IMG/VR virus record: IMGVR_UViG_2599185236_000001
Span: 10,466 to 74,465 of that record
Direction: 5' to 3' (one strand)
DNA length: 64,000 nt
Source of the DNA: a virus
Taxonomy: Duplodnaviria; Caudoviricetes
Made by a program: the position numbers and the translations under genes. Below, piece by piece: positions 7,708 through 16,526 of the stretch (position 1 is its first letter; each line of letters opens with the position of its first letter). The notes beneath the pieces are model-generated. The model ran no database searches. It was not told the origin of the DNA and worked only from the letters and a program-made list of their open reading frames with translations.

Positions 7708-10324
7708 CTAAGCCGCCTTAGCCCATGAAGCCACAACGGCGACAGCACCAGCGCTGCCCGTCGCCTCAAGCACGGCACTGGCCGAGGTATTCTTGATGCC
7801 CAGGACGCTCAGCACGGTCGAGTTGGTAGCATAGAGGATTTCACCACTATCGACATTCACACGGCTTTCTTCCGCAGCATGGGCATGGAAGGTGGAGCTC
7901 GTCGTCGAGAACATCGCAGCGGTGGCGACGATACCACCCTCTCGCTTATCAACTTCGCTGTTCATAATCACGCTGTTGCCGATTGCGGAGATCGACCCGA
8001 TCTTGAGCGGCGTTGGATTGATGCCGTACATCGGGACCGCTTTCACACCCCAACGAACCGGCGTCGTCCCAACGGCGGCAACAGCCAAGGTGCCAGCTGT
8101 TCCCGTAGGAATAGCTGCGATAAACAGGCCCATGAATGAGGCGCTGGGCGCGTCATAGGTGCTCTGGTGCAGATGGAGTTGCGTAAGCGGGATTGCCGCT
8201 CCACCGTCAGGCGTGAAGGTTGCCGTCAACGAAGTCAGGGCAGCAGTGGAGCGACCAGAGATGAAGAACGCGACGTATCTGTCAGAAGCCGCCGCATCGA
8301 TCGCCAGAGAGGCGAAGGACGGCGTTGCCGTGTTTGTTGCCGTAACTGCACTTCCGACGATACCGAGCGTCGCATCTCCCGCAAGGTGAGCCCTCGACTT
8401 CACCTTCACCGTCATCTTGCCGACACGCTCGACTGCTGCAGCTGTGTCTGCTCCCTTGAACCCAAAGAACGGATACCAACGCTGCGTCATGTCGAAGTTG
8501 GTCATGAGGTTGCCGTTCGAAGATGTCATCTCCTGCAGCTCCGTACCACCTTCGCCTAGGATGTAAGCCCTGCCGCTGGTCGGGAACAGGCGAACGCCGA
8601 CATGCTTCTTGGACGCGCCGGTCCCAAGTATGCTAGGGCCATAGCCGACGCCATAGTAGTAATCGGAGATGCTGGCTGCGATCGGCTGAGTGCCGCCGTC
8701 TACCGCCTGCAGCGCCATGGTGCCGTCAATGCCTTCGCCATTGCCTATGAAGATTGCGTCCGTCATCGCCGATCGAGCGGTCTTGCTGGTCGCAAAGCCG
8801 ATATAGGGGACGCGGTACGCAGCAGCGGACGTGGTGATCCAGTCGTCGATGTAGATATCAACGTACTCAGTCACGGCAGGGTCAAAGCCGACATCTTCGA
8901 AGAGGTAATATTCCCCCTTCGTCGCCATCGTGCCATCAACCGTCACGGAAAGTCCGTTCGCGCTGAATGATGCGGCCGGCAACGTCGAGCCAACCTTCAC
9001 CTCAGTCAGACCGACAGGCAACGACGACGCGCCGGCAAAGTTGAACGACTTCACAGTCACATCAGCATCAACCGGCTTGTGAGGCGCAGGAGAGCGGAAC
9101 CAGGTATTCTGCGGGCTTCTGAGCGACGTCGACGAGAGCGCAGATACCTTCGCGTTAGCACTAGTGGCCGCGTCGTAGGTGATCAGGCGTTTGTCACCGA
9201 AGGTCATGACGCCGACCGTACCGACTTCGCCCTGGTCATAACCGCTCGTGCCGCGCGCGACTACCAACTGCGGCTTGCCGAGCATCGTCTTGCCGTCGCC
9301 ATCGAGAAGAATCTCGTAGATATCGCCAGGGCGCGCATTCGAACCGGAGCCTTGTGCAGCGAACTCGACGAGAGCTGAATAGCCCTGCCGGGTCTGCCGA
9401 ATGCTGCCCACATCAATTTCAATCGCAGCAGCAGCAAACCAGTTGCTGGTCTGCGTGAAAGGGTTGGATGGGCTAAAGCGGCCGTTCCACTTACTCAGCG
9501 CACCGAGGAAGACAGGCGTTCCGGCGACAGGGTCATCCCAGCCCCACATGCCCATCGTCGATCGGAACTGCCCACCGATGAGCGAATAGCCGACGTAGTT
9601 GTATGGGACGCGGTTGCGCGGGAAAGGATTCTCGGCCCACGTCATATAACCCTGATGACCATCCCCGATGGCCTCGGCCGTTGCGACCTGCATCAGCGGA
9701 ACGTTTGGACCTGTCCAATTCACCCCGTCTACGGAGGTAGCGCGCAGGGTCGCTTGATTTCGCGCACCAGGAGCGCTGGTAAGCTGATATGTCATGACGA
9801 ACGTAGAGCCGACCTTTCGAACACATGGCGTTTCGCACTGCCTGCCTACGCCGCCAGCGCCGGTATAGATCGGATTGGAGGCGGGCTTGCTCGCGATGTC
9901 GTCCAGCCAACCAGCCGTGACGGCTTCGTTATAAAGCTTCCAATTCGCCGGAACGGACGGATCAGCGACGCAGATATTGAGGTATATGCCACCGCTGCCC
10001 GTCGAGCCATTCAACGTGTCATCATGGTCTGACGAGAAATAGCTGAAGCAACGGTCTGGATATGCCGACGACGGAACGCGCAGGATATGGCGGGTCCAAT
10101 AGTTGCCGTTGCCTGAGAGCATCTGCGACGGACGCGGCGCGATGGTGCCGAGCTTGGAAGCCGAATATGTCGAGCGCTGTATGGTCACGGCTGGGCTGAT
10201 GACGGCCTCTTCCGGTCCATCTGGAGTGCCGGATGACAGGTTGCCCCCCACCGCCCTGTATTGGGGCGCGGCCCAAAGCAGTGAGGGCGCCAAGCGACGC
10301 CCTCAGGTTGAGACTAGACCTCAT
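7708..10324 (-). CDS. Large putative receptor-binding/structural protein with a glycoside-hydrolase-like beta-propeller; 5' end appears frameshifted
   Basis: 861-aa ORF (7708-10293, TTG) rich in S/T/G/A with propeller-like blades (ETPCVRKVG, SVDGVNWT, GHQGY, YDQGEVG). The coupled ATG at 10324 is in another frame and joins by a 1-nt shift at a G6 run. Confidence 0.6.
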
Positions 10325-10635
10325 TATGCAGCCACCCACTGAACCTTGTCGCCAGCGTCGGCGAAAACATCGACGTCAGTATTGGCCGGGACGAAGATAC
10401 GCGGGCCGGTCGTAGCGTTGGGCGCGGCGCCGATTGCGAAGTATGCGTCAGCCGAGGAGCGCAGTCGGAATACGGGCTGGCCGAGCGTGTCGTGAACAAC
10501 CGGCGCGACGCCTGTGGTCGAGACGCCAGTGGCCGGCGCTTCCGACCAGGTGATCTTGCCGAGGATTGCCTGCGACTTCTCGCGACGGAACGAGCCGGCA
10601 TAGCCAGCGACAATGTGGACGCCAGAAAAGGCCAT
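10324..10635 (-). CDS. Conserved phage hypothetical protein (possibly virion-associated)
   Basis: 103-aa ORF with SD; its TAA overlaps the next ATG (TAATG). Confidence 0.75.
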   Translation of the reverse strand: MAFSGVHIVAGYAGSFRREKSQAILGKITWSEAPATGVSTTGVAPVVHDTLGQPVFRLRSSADAYFAIGAAPNATTGPRIFVPANTDVDVFADAGDKVQWVAA

Positions 10636-10657
10636 GTGAATCTCCTTGAGGAATGGA

Positions 10658-11176
10658 TTAGGCGCGCCAGCCGGCGGCCGTGTAGACGATGCGGCGGCTG
10701 GATCCGCCGAGGATCGCCGCGGTGAGACCGCCGACGAGGCCGGTCAAAGTGAGCGAGAAGACGCCCAGCGAGGTCGGGGCGTAGATCAGGTAGGAACAGC
10801 CGGGCCAGACGTTGACCGTCGAAGGCGTGATGGTCATCAGGCCGACTAGAGTAGACTGCAGTCTTATTTCTGGCGCCGTGAACAGCGGCAGGAGGGACAT
10901 GGATCCGCTAGCCTGGCTACTGTCGATCGCGTAGTCGGTACGCTGCGGCCGCCAGTAATAGCTGTTGCCGTCGTACTCGCAGATCATGACGGTTCGAACA
11001 GCGCCGAAAACGTTGCTGATGCGGGCGTACATGCCAAGGTACGGCGCGCTCGCTGGGAAATTCGCGAGCAGGTTTTCGATGGTCTGGAACGTGCCGCCAT
11101 TGATAAATGCCGGCACTTCCGTTTTCAGAGCGTAGGCGCTCAGGTTTGGCTGACGAGGTGCGATGATTGCCGGCAT
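10658..11176 (-). CDS. Hypothetical phage protein (beta-rich, possibly structural)
   Basis: 172-aa ORF tightly packed in the late operon. Confidence 0.7.
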   Translation of the reverse strand: MPAIIAPRQPNLSAYALKTEVPAFINGGTFQTIENLLANFPASAPYLGMYARISNVFGAVRTVMICEYDGNSYYWRPQRTDYAIDSSQASGSMSLLPLFTAPEIRLQSTLVGLMTITPSTVNVWPGCSYLIYAPTSLGVFSLTLTGLVGGLTAAILGGSSRRIVYTAAGWRA

Positions 11177-11179
11177 CGG

Positions 11180-11524
11180 TCAGCTCAACTTGTAGAGCGA
11201 CATCGTGCCAGTGGTCTGCGCGGCGTTCGTCAGCGCGAATGGCAATAAAGACAGGCCGACCTCGACCGGGATTGTCACCGTGCCGCCACCTGCGAAGGTA
11301 AGCGTGGCGGTGCCTGCGGCAGAGCAGATGATAAGGACCGCCCTGCCCGACGTCGTGGCGCCGCTATAGGGCGCAACGTTGGTGTAGACTTCCCCGGCGG
11401 CATCGAGCGCGGCTCGGTCAGACGGCGTCATGGAAGTGGCGACAACCTCGGCATGCGTGCCGTCGCCCATATCCCGCATCATCCCAAGCAGCCCACTCAG
11501 TCTTGGAAACTTGGAATCTGCCAT
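11180..11524 (-). CDS. Hypothetical phage protein
   Basis: 114-aa ORF translationally coupled to the upstream gene. Confidence 0.7.
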   Translation of the reverse strand: MADSKFPRLSGLLGMMRDMGDGTHAEVVATSMTPSDRAALDAAGEVYTNVAPYSGATTSGRAVLIICSAAGTATLTFAGGGTVTIPVEVGLSLLPFALTNAAQTTGTMSLYKLS

Positions 11525-11868
11525 TAGCCACTCCGCGTGGTGCGCGCCTTGGGCTGACCTTCGACAACGCGGTCAATGCGCAGCGTCATGGCATCGACGG
11601 CGCTCTTCACGCCGCTGATTGCCTCCATGATCTGCTCGGTGCTCTCGCGGTGGCCGGCCTTGGAGACATACGTCTCGGCCACGTGGAGCTTGTGGGCGGC
11701 AAGCTCTTCTCGAGCTAGGCTGGCGAGTGCGGTCGCCGCCCCCGCCGCCTCTGCGCCTTCCCTGCGGACGCTGCCGAGCTTAGAGTCGACGTACTTCCAG
11801 AGGCCGAAGATAAAGCCGAAGACGGCGATGAAGAATCCGACCGCGGCCATGATTTCGGGGCCGGTCAT
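11524..11868 (-). CDS. Single-TM lysis-cassette protein (holin/antiholin-like)
   Basis: N-terminal TM (IMAAVGFFIAVFGFIFGLW) plus coiled C-terminus, directly after the spanins. Confidence 0.6.
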   Translation of the reverse strand: MTGPEIMAAVGFFIAVFGFIFGLWKYVDSKLGSVRREGAEAAGAATALASLAREELAAHKLHVAETYVSKAGHRESTEQIMEAISGVKSAVDAMTLRIDRVVEGQPKARTTRSG

Positions 11869-12164
11869 TTATCACCCCTCAGCGCCTCGTCGCGATCCAC
11901 GATATAGTTGCGGAGCGCCAGGTGCCGCCGGTAGCAGGCGAGCAGTGCAGCGCGGTCTGTGATCCACAGCTCTTCGACCTGGGCCTGCGTCAAAGGGCCA
12001 TGCTCCAGCAGCACCGGCCTGTCGCATGCCTTAAGCAGCGCGCTGTCCGGCGCCACGATCGCCGGCGGTTTCACCGGTGCGACGTTAACGGACTTGGTTG
12101 ATACGCTGCACGCTGCCAGCACCAAGGCTAGGCTTGTCAGCATCAGGACCTTGCCGAGCTTCAC
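11865..12164 (-). CDS. o-spanin (Rz1-like outer-membrane lipoprotein)
   Basis: Lipobox LAAC followed by a Pro-rich segment; overlaps the i-spanin 3' end. Confidence 0.8.
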   Translation of the reverse strand: MKLGKVLMLTSLALVLAACSVSTKSVNVAPVKPPAIVAPDSALLKACDRPVLLEHGPLTQAQVEELWITDRAALLACYRRHLALRNYIVDRDEALRGDK

Positions 12165-12468
12165 TGGCCAGCTTCCTTCTCAATTCGGTGTTGGCGGCCT
12201 GTTCGGCTTCGAGCTGCGCGATGGCTTCCGCCTCGCGCTTCTTCGCGGCGTTGTTCGCAATGGTCTGCCGGCGTTGTTCGTCGGCGTCTGCCTGGGCTGC
12301 GTCGCGGAGGATGGTGGCTATCTCAGCGTTCTTCACGAGGGTGGCGGCCTGATAGCCGTCGTCATAAATCCTGCCGTGGATCCACCACGCGCCGGCCATG
12401 AGCGTGAGCAGCAGGACGAAGATGGCGAGGGCCTTTGCTGCGGTCTTGTTTGCGAGGAGCGCGATCAT
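12085..12468 (-). CDS. i-spanin (Rz-like)
   Basis: N-terminal TM and Ala-rich coiled coil; ATGA overlap with the endolysin stop. Confidence 0.8.
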   Translation of the reverse strand: MIALLANKTAAKALAIFVLLLTLMAGAWWIHGRIYDDGYQAATLVKNAEIATILRDAAQADADEQRRQTIANNAAKKREAEAIAQLEAEQAANTELRRKLASEARQGPDADKPSLGAGSVQRINQVR

Positions 12469-13040
12469 GCCGACAGCCCCGACACGCAAAGCTCCGCCTC
12501 ACCGATCCGCTGGGCGTCGCCCATCTCTCGGCGCTTCACAAGGCCGTTGACCACTCGGCCACCAGCCTTATTCCAAGCCGTTTGCGCTTCACACGCCGCG
12601 CGATATTGGCCGGCCTTGGCAAAGCGGGCAGCGGTCGAACCGCACATGCCGCCCACGCCGAAGTTGTAGGCGCCGGAAATCATTGAGGCCTGCACGCTCA
12701 CCGGCATCTTGGTGAATCCGGCGATACATTTCGTCAGTGGCGTATAGTAGTCGGCCTTGATGCGCTCGATGAGCATGGCCTCGCACTGGGCGACCGTCTT
12801 GGTCATGCCAAGCTTCACGCCCTTGGTCTCGCCGTAGCAGATCGTCGGCACCTTCACGATGTCGAGATAGGCCCGAGTATGCAGGCCTTCCCACGGCTTG
12901 ATGAGGTGGTCGACGGCAAGCGTCACTGACGCAGGCGTGCCGCCAGGCAGCAACGCGGCCGATCCGGCGAAGACAGCCGCCATCACCGCGGCAATCGCGC
13001 TCTTAGCCCGCCTCGACGGTAGGATCTTGTTGATTGGCAT
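12465..13040 (-). CDS. Endolysin, GH24 lysozyme with SAR-like N-terminus
   Basis: E-x8-D-x5-T triad (WEGLHTRAYLDIVKVPTICYG); uncleaved-looking Ala-rich hydrophobic segment (AIAAVMAAVFAGSAALL). Confidence 0.9.
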   Translation of the reverse strand: MPINKILPSRRAKSAIAAVMAAVFAGSAALLPGGTPASVTLAVDHLIKPWEGLHTRAYLDIVKVPTICYGETKGVKLGMTKTVAQCEAMLIERIKADYYTPLTKCIAGFTKMPVSVQASMISGAYNFGVGGMCGSTAARFAKAGQYRAACEAQTAWNKAGGRVVNGLVKRREMGDAQRIGEAELCVSGLSA

Positions 13041-13239
13041 TCGCCTTTTCCTTTTCAGGTTGGGCAATGAGACGTGCACCCCAGGCACAGACCAGCAGCG
13101 CGATGGTGAGCCACCACGGAAGCCAGTCAGAGACAAAGGGAACGACGTTTAGGATGATGTCCGCTGCGGCAGCGATTTCAATCAGCCGCAGCGACCAGGC
13201 GCGGCGCGCGATGGCGCCGGCGTTCGGAAGGAGGTTCAT
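13003..13239 (-). CDS. Putative holin (two TM)
   Basis: 78 aa, AWSLRL motif, two hydrophobic helices, charged C-terminus, immediately upstream of the endolysin. Confidence 0.7.
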   Translation of the reverse strand: MNLLPNAGAIARRAWSLRLIEIAAAADIILNVVPFVSDWLPWWLTIALLVCAWGARLIAQPEKEKANANQQDPTVEAG

Positions 13240-13304
13240 TGCTAACCTCGACAAATGATTTTATGGAAGGCGGTCATGCGCTAACGTAAACGCGAAGACT
13301 GACT

Positions 13305-13424
13305 ATGAAAAACAACTATGACTCGATAGCAGTTGTCATCAGCTGCATCACCATGGCGGGAATCCTCGCGGCCGTCGGTTGGATGGTCTTAGAGTTCAGC
13401 CTCTGGCTAGTAAGTTGGTCATAG
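13305..13424 (+). CDS. Small membrane peptide (39 aa, absent from the ORF track)
   Basis: MKNNYDSIAVVISCITMAGILAAVGWMVLEFSLWLVSWS; one long hydrophobic helix. Confidence 0.4.
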   Translation: MKNNYDSIAVVISCITMAGILAAVGWMVLEFSLWLVSWS

Positions 13425-13545
13425 CCATGCTCACCACATGGGAGGATATTCGCAGCTTTACGACTTCAGTTGTGCGAAAGTTGCTTACGGATACTGGACA
13501 CCATCCATAGTCCAATGCTTCATTAGTCCCTCTGGGGAGGGAAAA

Positions 13546-13740
13546 ATGAAAACATCAATACTTGGACTCGCATTTGTTGTTGCGGGCGTCTGTCATGTGC
13601 TGCCCTCAGATTGGTATCGGGCGGCACTGCTTATAATGTTTGGGGCGGGCCTGGTCTATTTCACAGAAGACTCGGACAAGCAGCCAAAGCGAAGTGCGGA
13701 CGAAGAGCACGATCTCGACAGTGCTCTGACTGACGATTAA
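13546..13740 (+). CDS. Small two-TM membrane protein with acidic tail (moron)
   Basis: GGGGAGGG SD before ATG 13546; opposite strand to the late operon. Confidence 0.6.
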   Translation: MKTSILGLAFVVAGVCHVLPSDWYRAALLIMFGAGLVYFTEDSDKQPKRSADEEHDLDSALTDD

Positions 13741-13964
13741 CGCACAAGGTCACGCCGCGAAGTAGCTGCCACCGAGGATGAGCCGAAGACCCGCCTTACT
13801 CGCTAGGAACTGCGTTGTGCTGGCGCTTCTTTCGTGCCGTAAGCGCTCGTCGCCGGCGTCAACAGGGATGAAGTTACCGGCGCGGTGAAGGCCAGCGTCG
13901 AGGTTGGTTGCTGGCCGTTCTACGCCATCACGGTGGTTGTTGTTTTCTTCAGCTGTAAGCGTAA

Positions 13965-14720
13965 TCAGACGGTGATCCCAAGATACTGCAAAGCCGCCTT
14001 AACTTGAGCCGACATCGCATCGACTTCAGCGTCGCTGATGTAGCGGTTGTAGATCGCCGTGAAGGCAACGTCGGCAAGGCCGGTGTACGCCGAACTAAAC
14101 GAGCTTCCGATGCGAAGCTTGCCAGCGCCGACAACGCGGGCCTGGGTGGTGTAGTTGTTCGCAGCCGATGCGCCGGTTGTGAGGTTGTCAGCCTGCGTTC
14201 GGTCATTGCGCGTGCGCGTGGCAATGAGGTTCCATGCCGAAAGTGTAGCGGCAATATCACGACTTGCGGAAGTCACGGCCGAGGCTGATGCATCTGTGTA
14301 GCGCGATGCCGCGGACTTAATTACGGTCGGATCATTCGCCGAGTAGACGCTAACGCCTGCCGTTCCTGCGTTTCCACCACCCACAGCGCCAGCTCCGAAG
14401 TTGCTAACGAACATTGGGGAATGAGCGGGATCGGCCATCGTGTCGGTGCTTCGCCCGGCCATGATGATAGTCAATGCCTCGCTATCCGATACGTCAGTCT
14501 GGAAATAGCTGGCGTTACCGGTGAAGCGAAGATAGCCGCCCTGCACGGCTGGCGCCCCGGAAACGACGGCGTCTACGCCGCCAACCGCGAGGTTACGGCG
14601 GGATTCCATGCCTCTGTTGAAAAACCAGAGACCCCTCAGACCATTGCTAACTGCCGCGTCGAACCCGATGGAGAGAGCCGAGGCATCTCCCTCGTAGACC
14701 ATGATGTCAGTGCTTGCCAT
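13965..14720 (-). CDS. Tail-associated protein, concanavalin A/LamG-like beta-sandwich
   Basis: 251 aa; LRGLWFF...WNLIATR...LRIGS...FTAIYNRYISDAEV pattern; coupled to the SGNH tail protein. Confidence 0.6.
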   Translation of the reverse strand: MASTDIMVYEGDASALSIGFDAAVSNGLRGLWFFNRGMESRRNLAVGGVDAVVSGAPAVQGGYLRFTGNASYFQTDVSDSEALTIIMAGRSTDTMADPAHSPMFVSNFGAGAVGGGNAGTAGVSVYSANDPTVIKSAASRYTDASASAVTSASRDIAATLSAWNLIATRTRNDRTQADNLTTGASAANNYTTQARVVGAGKLRIGSSFSSAYTGLADVAFTAIYNRYISDAEVDAMSAQVKAALQYLGITV

Positions 14721-14737
14721 TTGTGGCTCCTGTCGAG

Positions 14738-16456
14738 TTAAAGCGTTTCTTGAGCCGCAGCTCCAGCGGCCGCCGCAAGGACTTCCGCAACAGCCGCGAT
14801 ATTGTAGGGGCCGAGATGGACCGCATCAGAAAGCTCCGCAGTTTTGATGCCGATGTCCGAGGTCGAGCCGGCCGCAAGCTCGAAGCCAACCTCTTGCGAA
14901 GCCATCGCCCAGGTTGGGACTATCCGGATGCTGGCATTTGCCTGTGTTCTGACGAACCGGAGAAAACGCGTGAGAACCTCCACATACCGGCTGGACCAAA
15001 GCGCATCGCGTTCGCTTGAACGGGAAACCGGAGGGAACCACAGAACTATTTTGGTGGTTGGCTGCGCCGCCAGGATCTGACCGCACATGATGGTCAGGCC
15101 ATCTAGGATGCCCGGACCAAGTTCCGACGACGAAAGATCACGAATATCGTTCGTTCCGAGGCCGATGAAGACGACGTTCGGCGCCGTGAGGGAGAAGCGG
15201 CTCAGGTAGAAGGCGTAGTCGAACACATACCCATTCCTGACGACCGAAGAACTATCCCCACCGGTGGCCGCGCGCAGGAACGGGTTCTGTGTCTGCTTCG
15301 ACGTCTTGGCCGCAGCAAGATAGGAGGCCTCGGAACCGGGAGCGATAACCGTGGCGCGGTTGGTCACCGCGTAGGTGAAGTCTCCAAACTCCCAGCCTTC
15401 GCGGCCCTCGCCTAGTGGACCAGTAGCGTCATTGGCTCCCTGATCGACCCCGGCTCCGTTTAGCGTGCCAACGAAGTTAATCGTGTAGCCGCGCTGAGAA
15501 GCCCGAATGTTCATTCTGGCTGCCATCTGTCGATTTGTGATGCTATCGCCGATCATGAGCGCGCGGACGGTGTTGCCGCTCGAAGGGCTCACTGGAACGG
15601 AAATCGCATTGAGGGTTGTCGCGTTACGAGTGTCGGCCGTTACCTCGTCTAGACGCGTTTGCAGCGTAACCGTCTGCGAGCATTTGGCCAGATCGACGAC
15701 AAGATCATCATCGCCTGTTCGGCTATAGCTGGCACGAATGCCACTAAGCGATGCCTCGCTATAGAGCGTAGCACGGATGCGAGACAGATCGCTGCGTTGC
15801 GTGAGAATGTTCCTTACGAACAGGTGCGTTTCATCGCCAACGAAACTCACAAGCGTGCCGCCGATCAATGGCTTGGCGTCAAACCCTTCATTAAGGTTCG
15901 AACCATGTGAAAGACCAGGCGCCCGAAGCTCCGTCTTGGTCAAAGAGAGGTATTTGAAGCCACGCCGATCGCGGATGTGAAATACTTCATCAGCACCCGA
16001 AGAACCCATCTCGAACCCCGCTGCGCTAAACCCACGGGACTTCACGTATCCGCGGTTGTCGATGTATGCCCAAATGAAGCCCAAAGCATCTTTGATCGCG
16101 ACGGGAATGTTTTGCATACCCCGTGCGATAAGCGAGGAGCGCTCGTCGACCTCTTCGTCGATGTTTGCCTGAAGCGCTATAGGGTCGATGACATCGCCCG
16201 TCCGGATCCAGGCCGAGCCATTCCAGTAGTATTCGCCCTTGTCCGCGCCAGCAGTGACCTGACCAGGCTGGCCAGTTCTCGTACCAGATCCCAAACCGGC
16301 CTTTGTGGTAGCGCGGATAAGCCCAGCTGCAGCTCCGACGAGGGAGGTTTCTATAGTTGTGCCAACCTGACGGATTGTAGACTTGTTCGGTCTTGTCGGA
16401 TTGGTTGATGGACCGTCTGGCCAAGCAGAATTAAAGGCGTCGCGAATTGCACCCAT
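14738..16456 (-). CDS. Tail fibre/spike with SGNH (GDSL) esterase domain
   Basis: SGNH blocks MIGDSITN, EGREGW, IGLGTND, SDAVHL; N-terminal phage anchor segment; follows the tail tip gene. Confidence 0.8.
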   Translation of the reverse strand: MGAIRDAFNSAWPDGPSTNPTRPNKSTIRQVGTTIETSLVGAAAGLIRATTKAGLGSGTRTGQPGQVTAGADKGEYYWNGSAWIRTGDVIDPIALQANIDEEVDERSSLIARGMQNIPVAIKDALGFIWAYIDNRGYVKSRGFSAAGFEMGSSGADEVFHIRDRRGFKYLSLTKTELRAPGLSHGSNLNEGFDAKPLIGGTLVSFVGDETHLFVRNILTQRSDLSRIRATLYSEASLSGIRASYSRTGDDDLVVDLAKCSQTVTLQTRLDEVTADTRNATTLNAISVPVSPSSGNTVRALMIGDSITNRQMAARMNIRASQRGYTINFVGTLNGAGVDQGANDATGPLGEGREGWEFGDFTYAVTNRATVIAPGSEASYLAAAKTSKQTQNPFLRAATGGDSSSVVRNGYVFDYAFYLSRFSLTAPNVVFIGLGTNDIRDLSSSELGPGILDGLTIMCGQILAAQPTTKIVLWFPPVSRSSERDALWSSRYVEVLTRFLRFVRTQANASIRIVPTWAMASQEVGFELAAGSTSDIGIKTAELSDAVHLGPYNIAAVAEVLAAAAGAAAQETL

Positions 16457-16526
16457 GCGATTCTCCATAAGCAACCGGCCCGACCAAAGGCCGGAACCGT
16501 TGCTCCAAAAGTGATTGATTGATCCG

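Noticed and set aside
4338-7712. Integron attC interpretation of the GTTAGG/CCTAAC-containing junction repeats
   Set aside because: The RYYYAAC...GTTRRRY pairing and L-box hairpin are not properly formed, and there is no IntI-type integrase. Kept only as a generic direct repeat.
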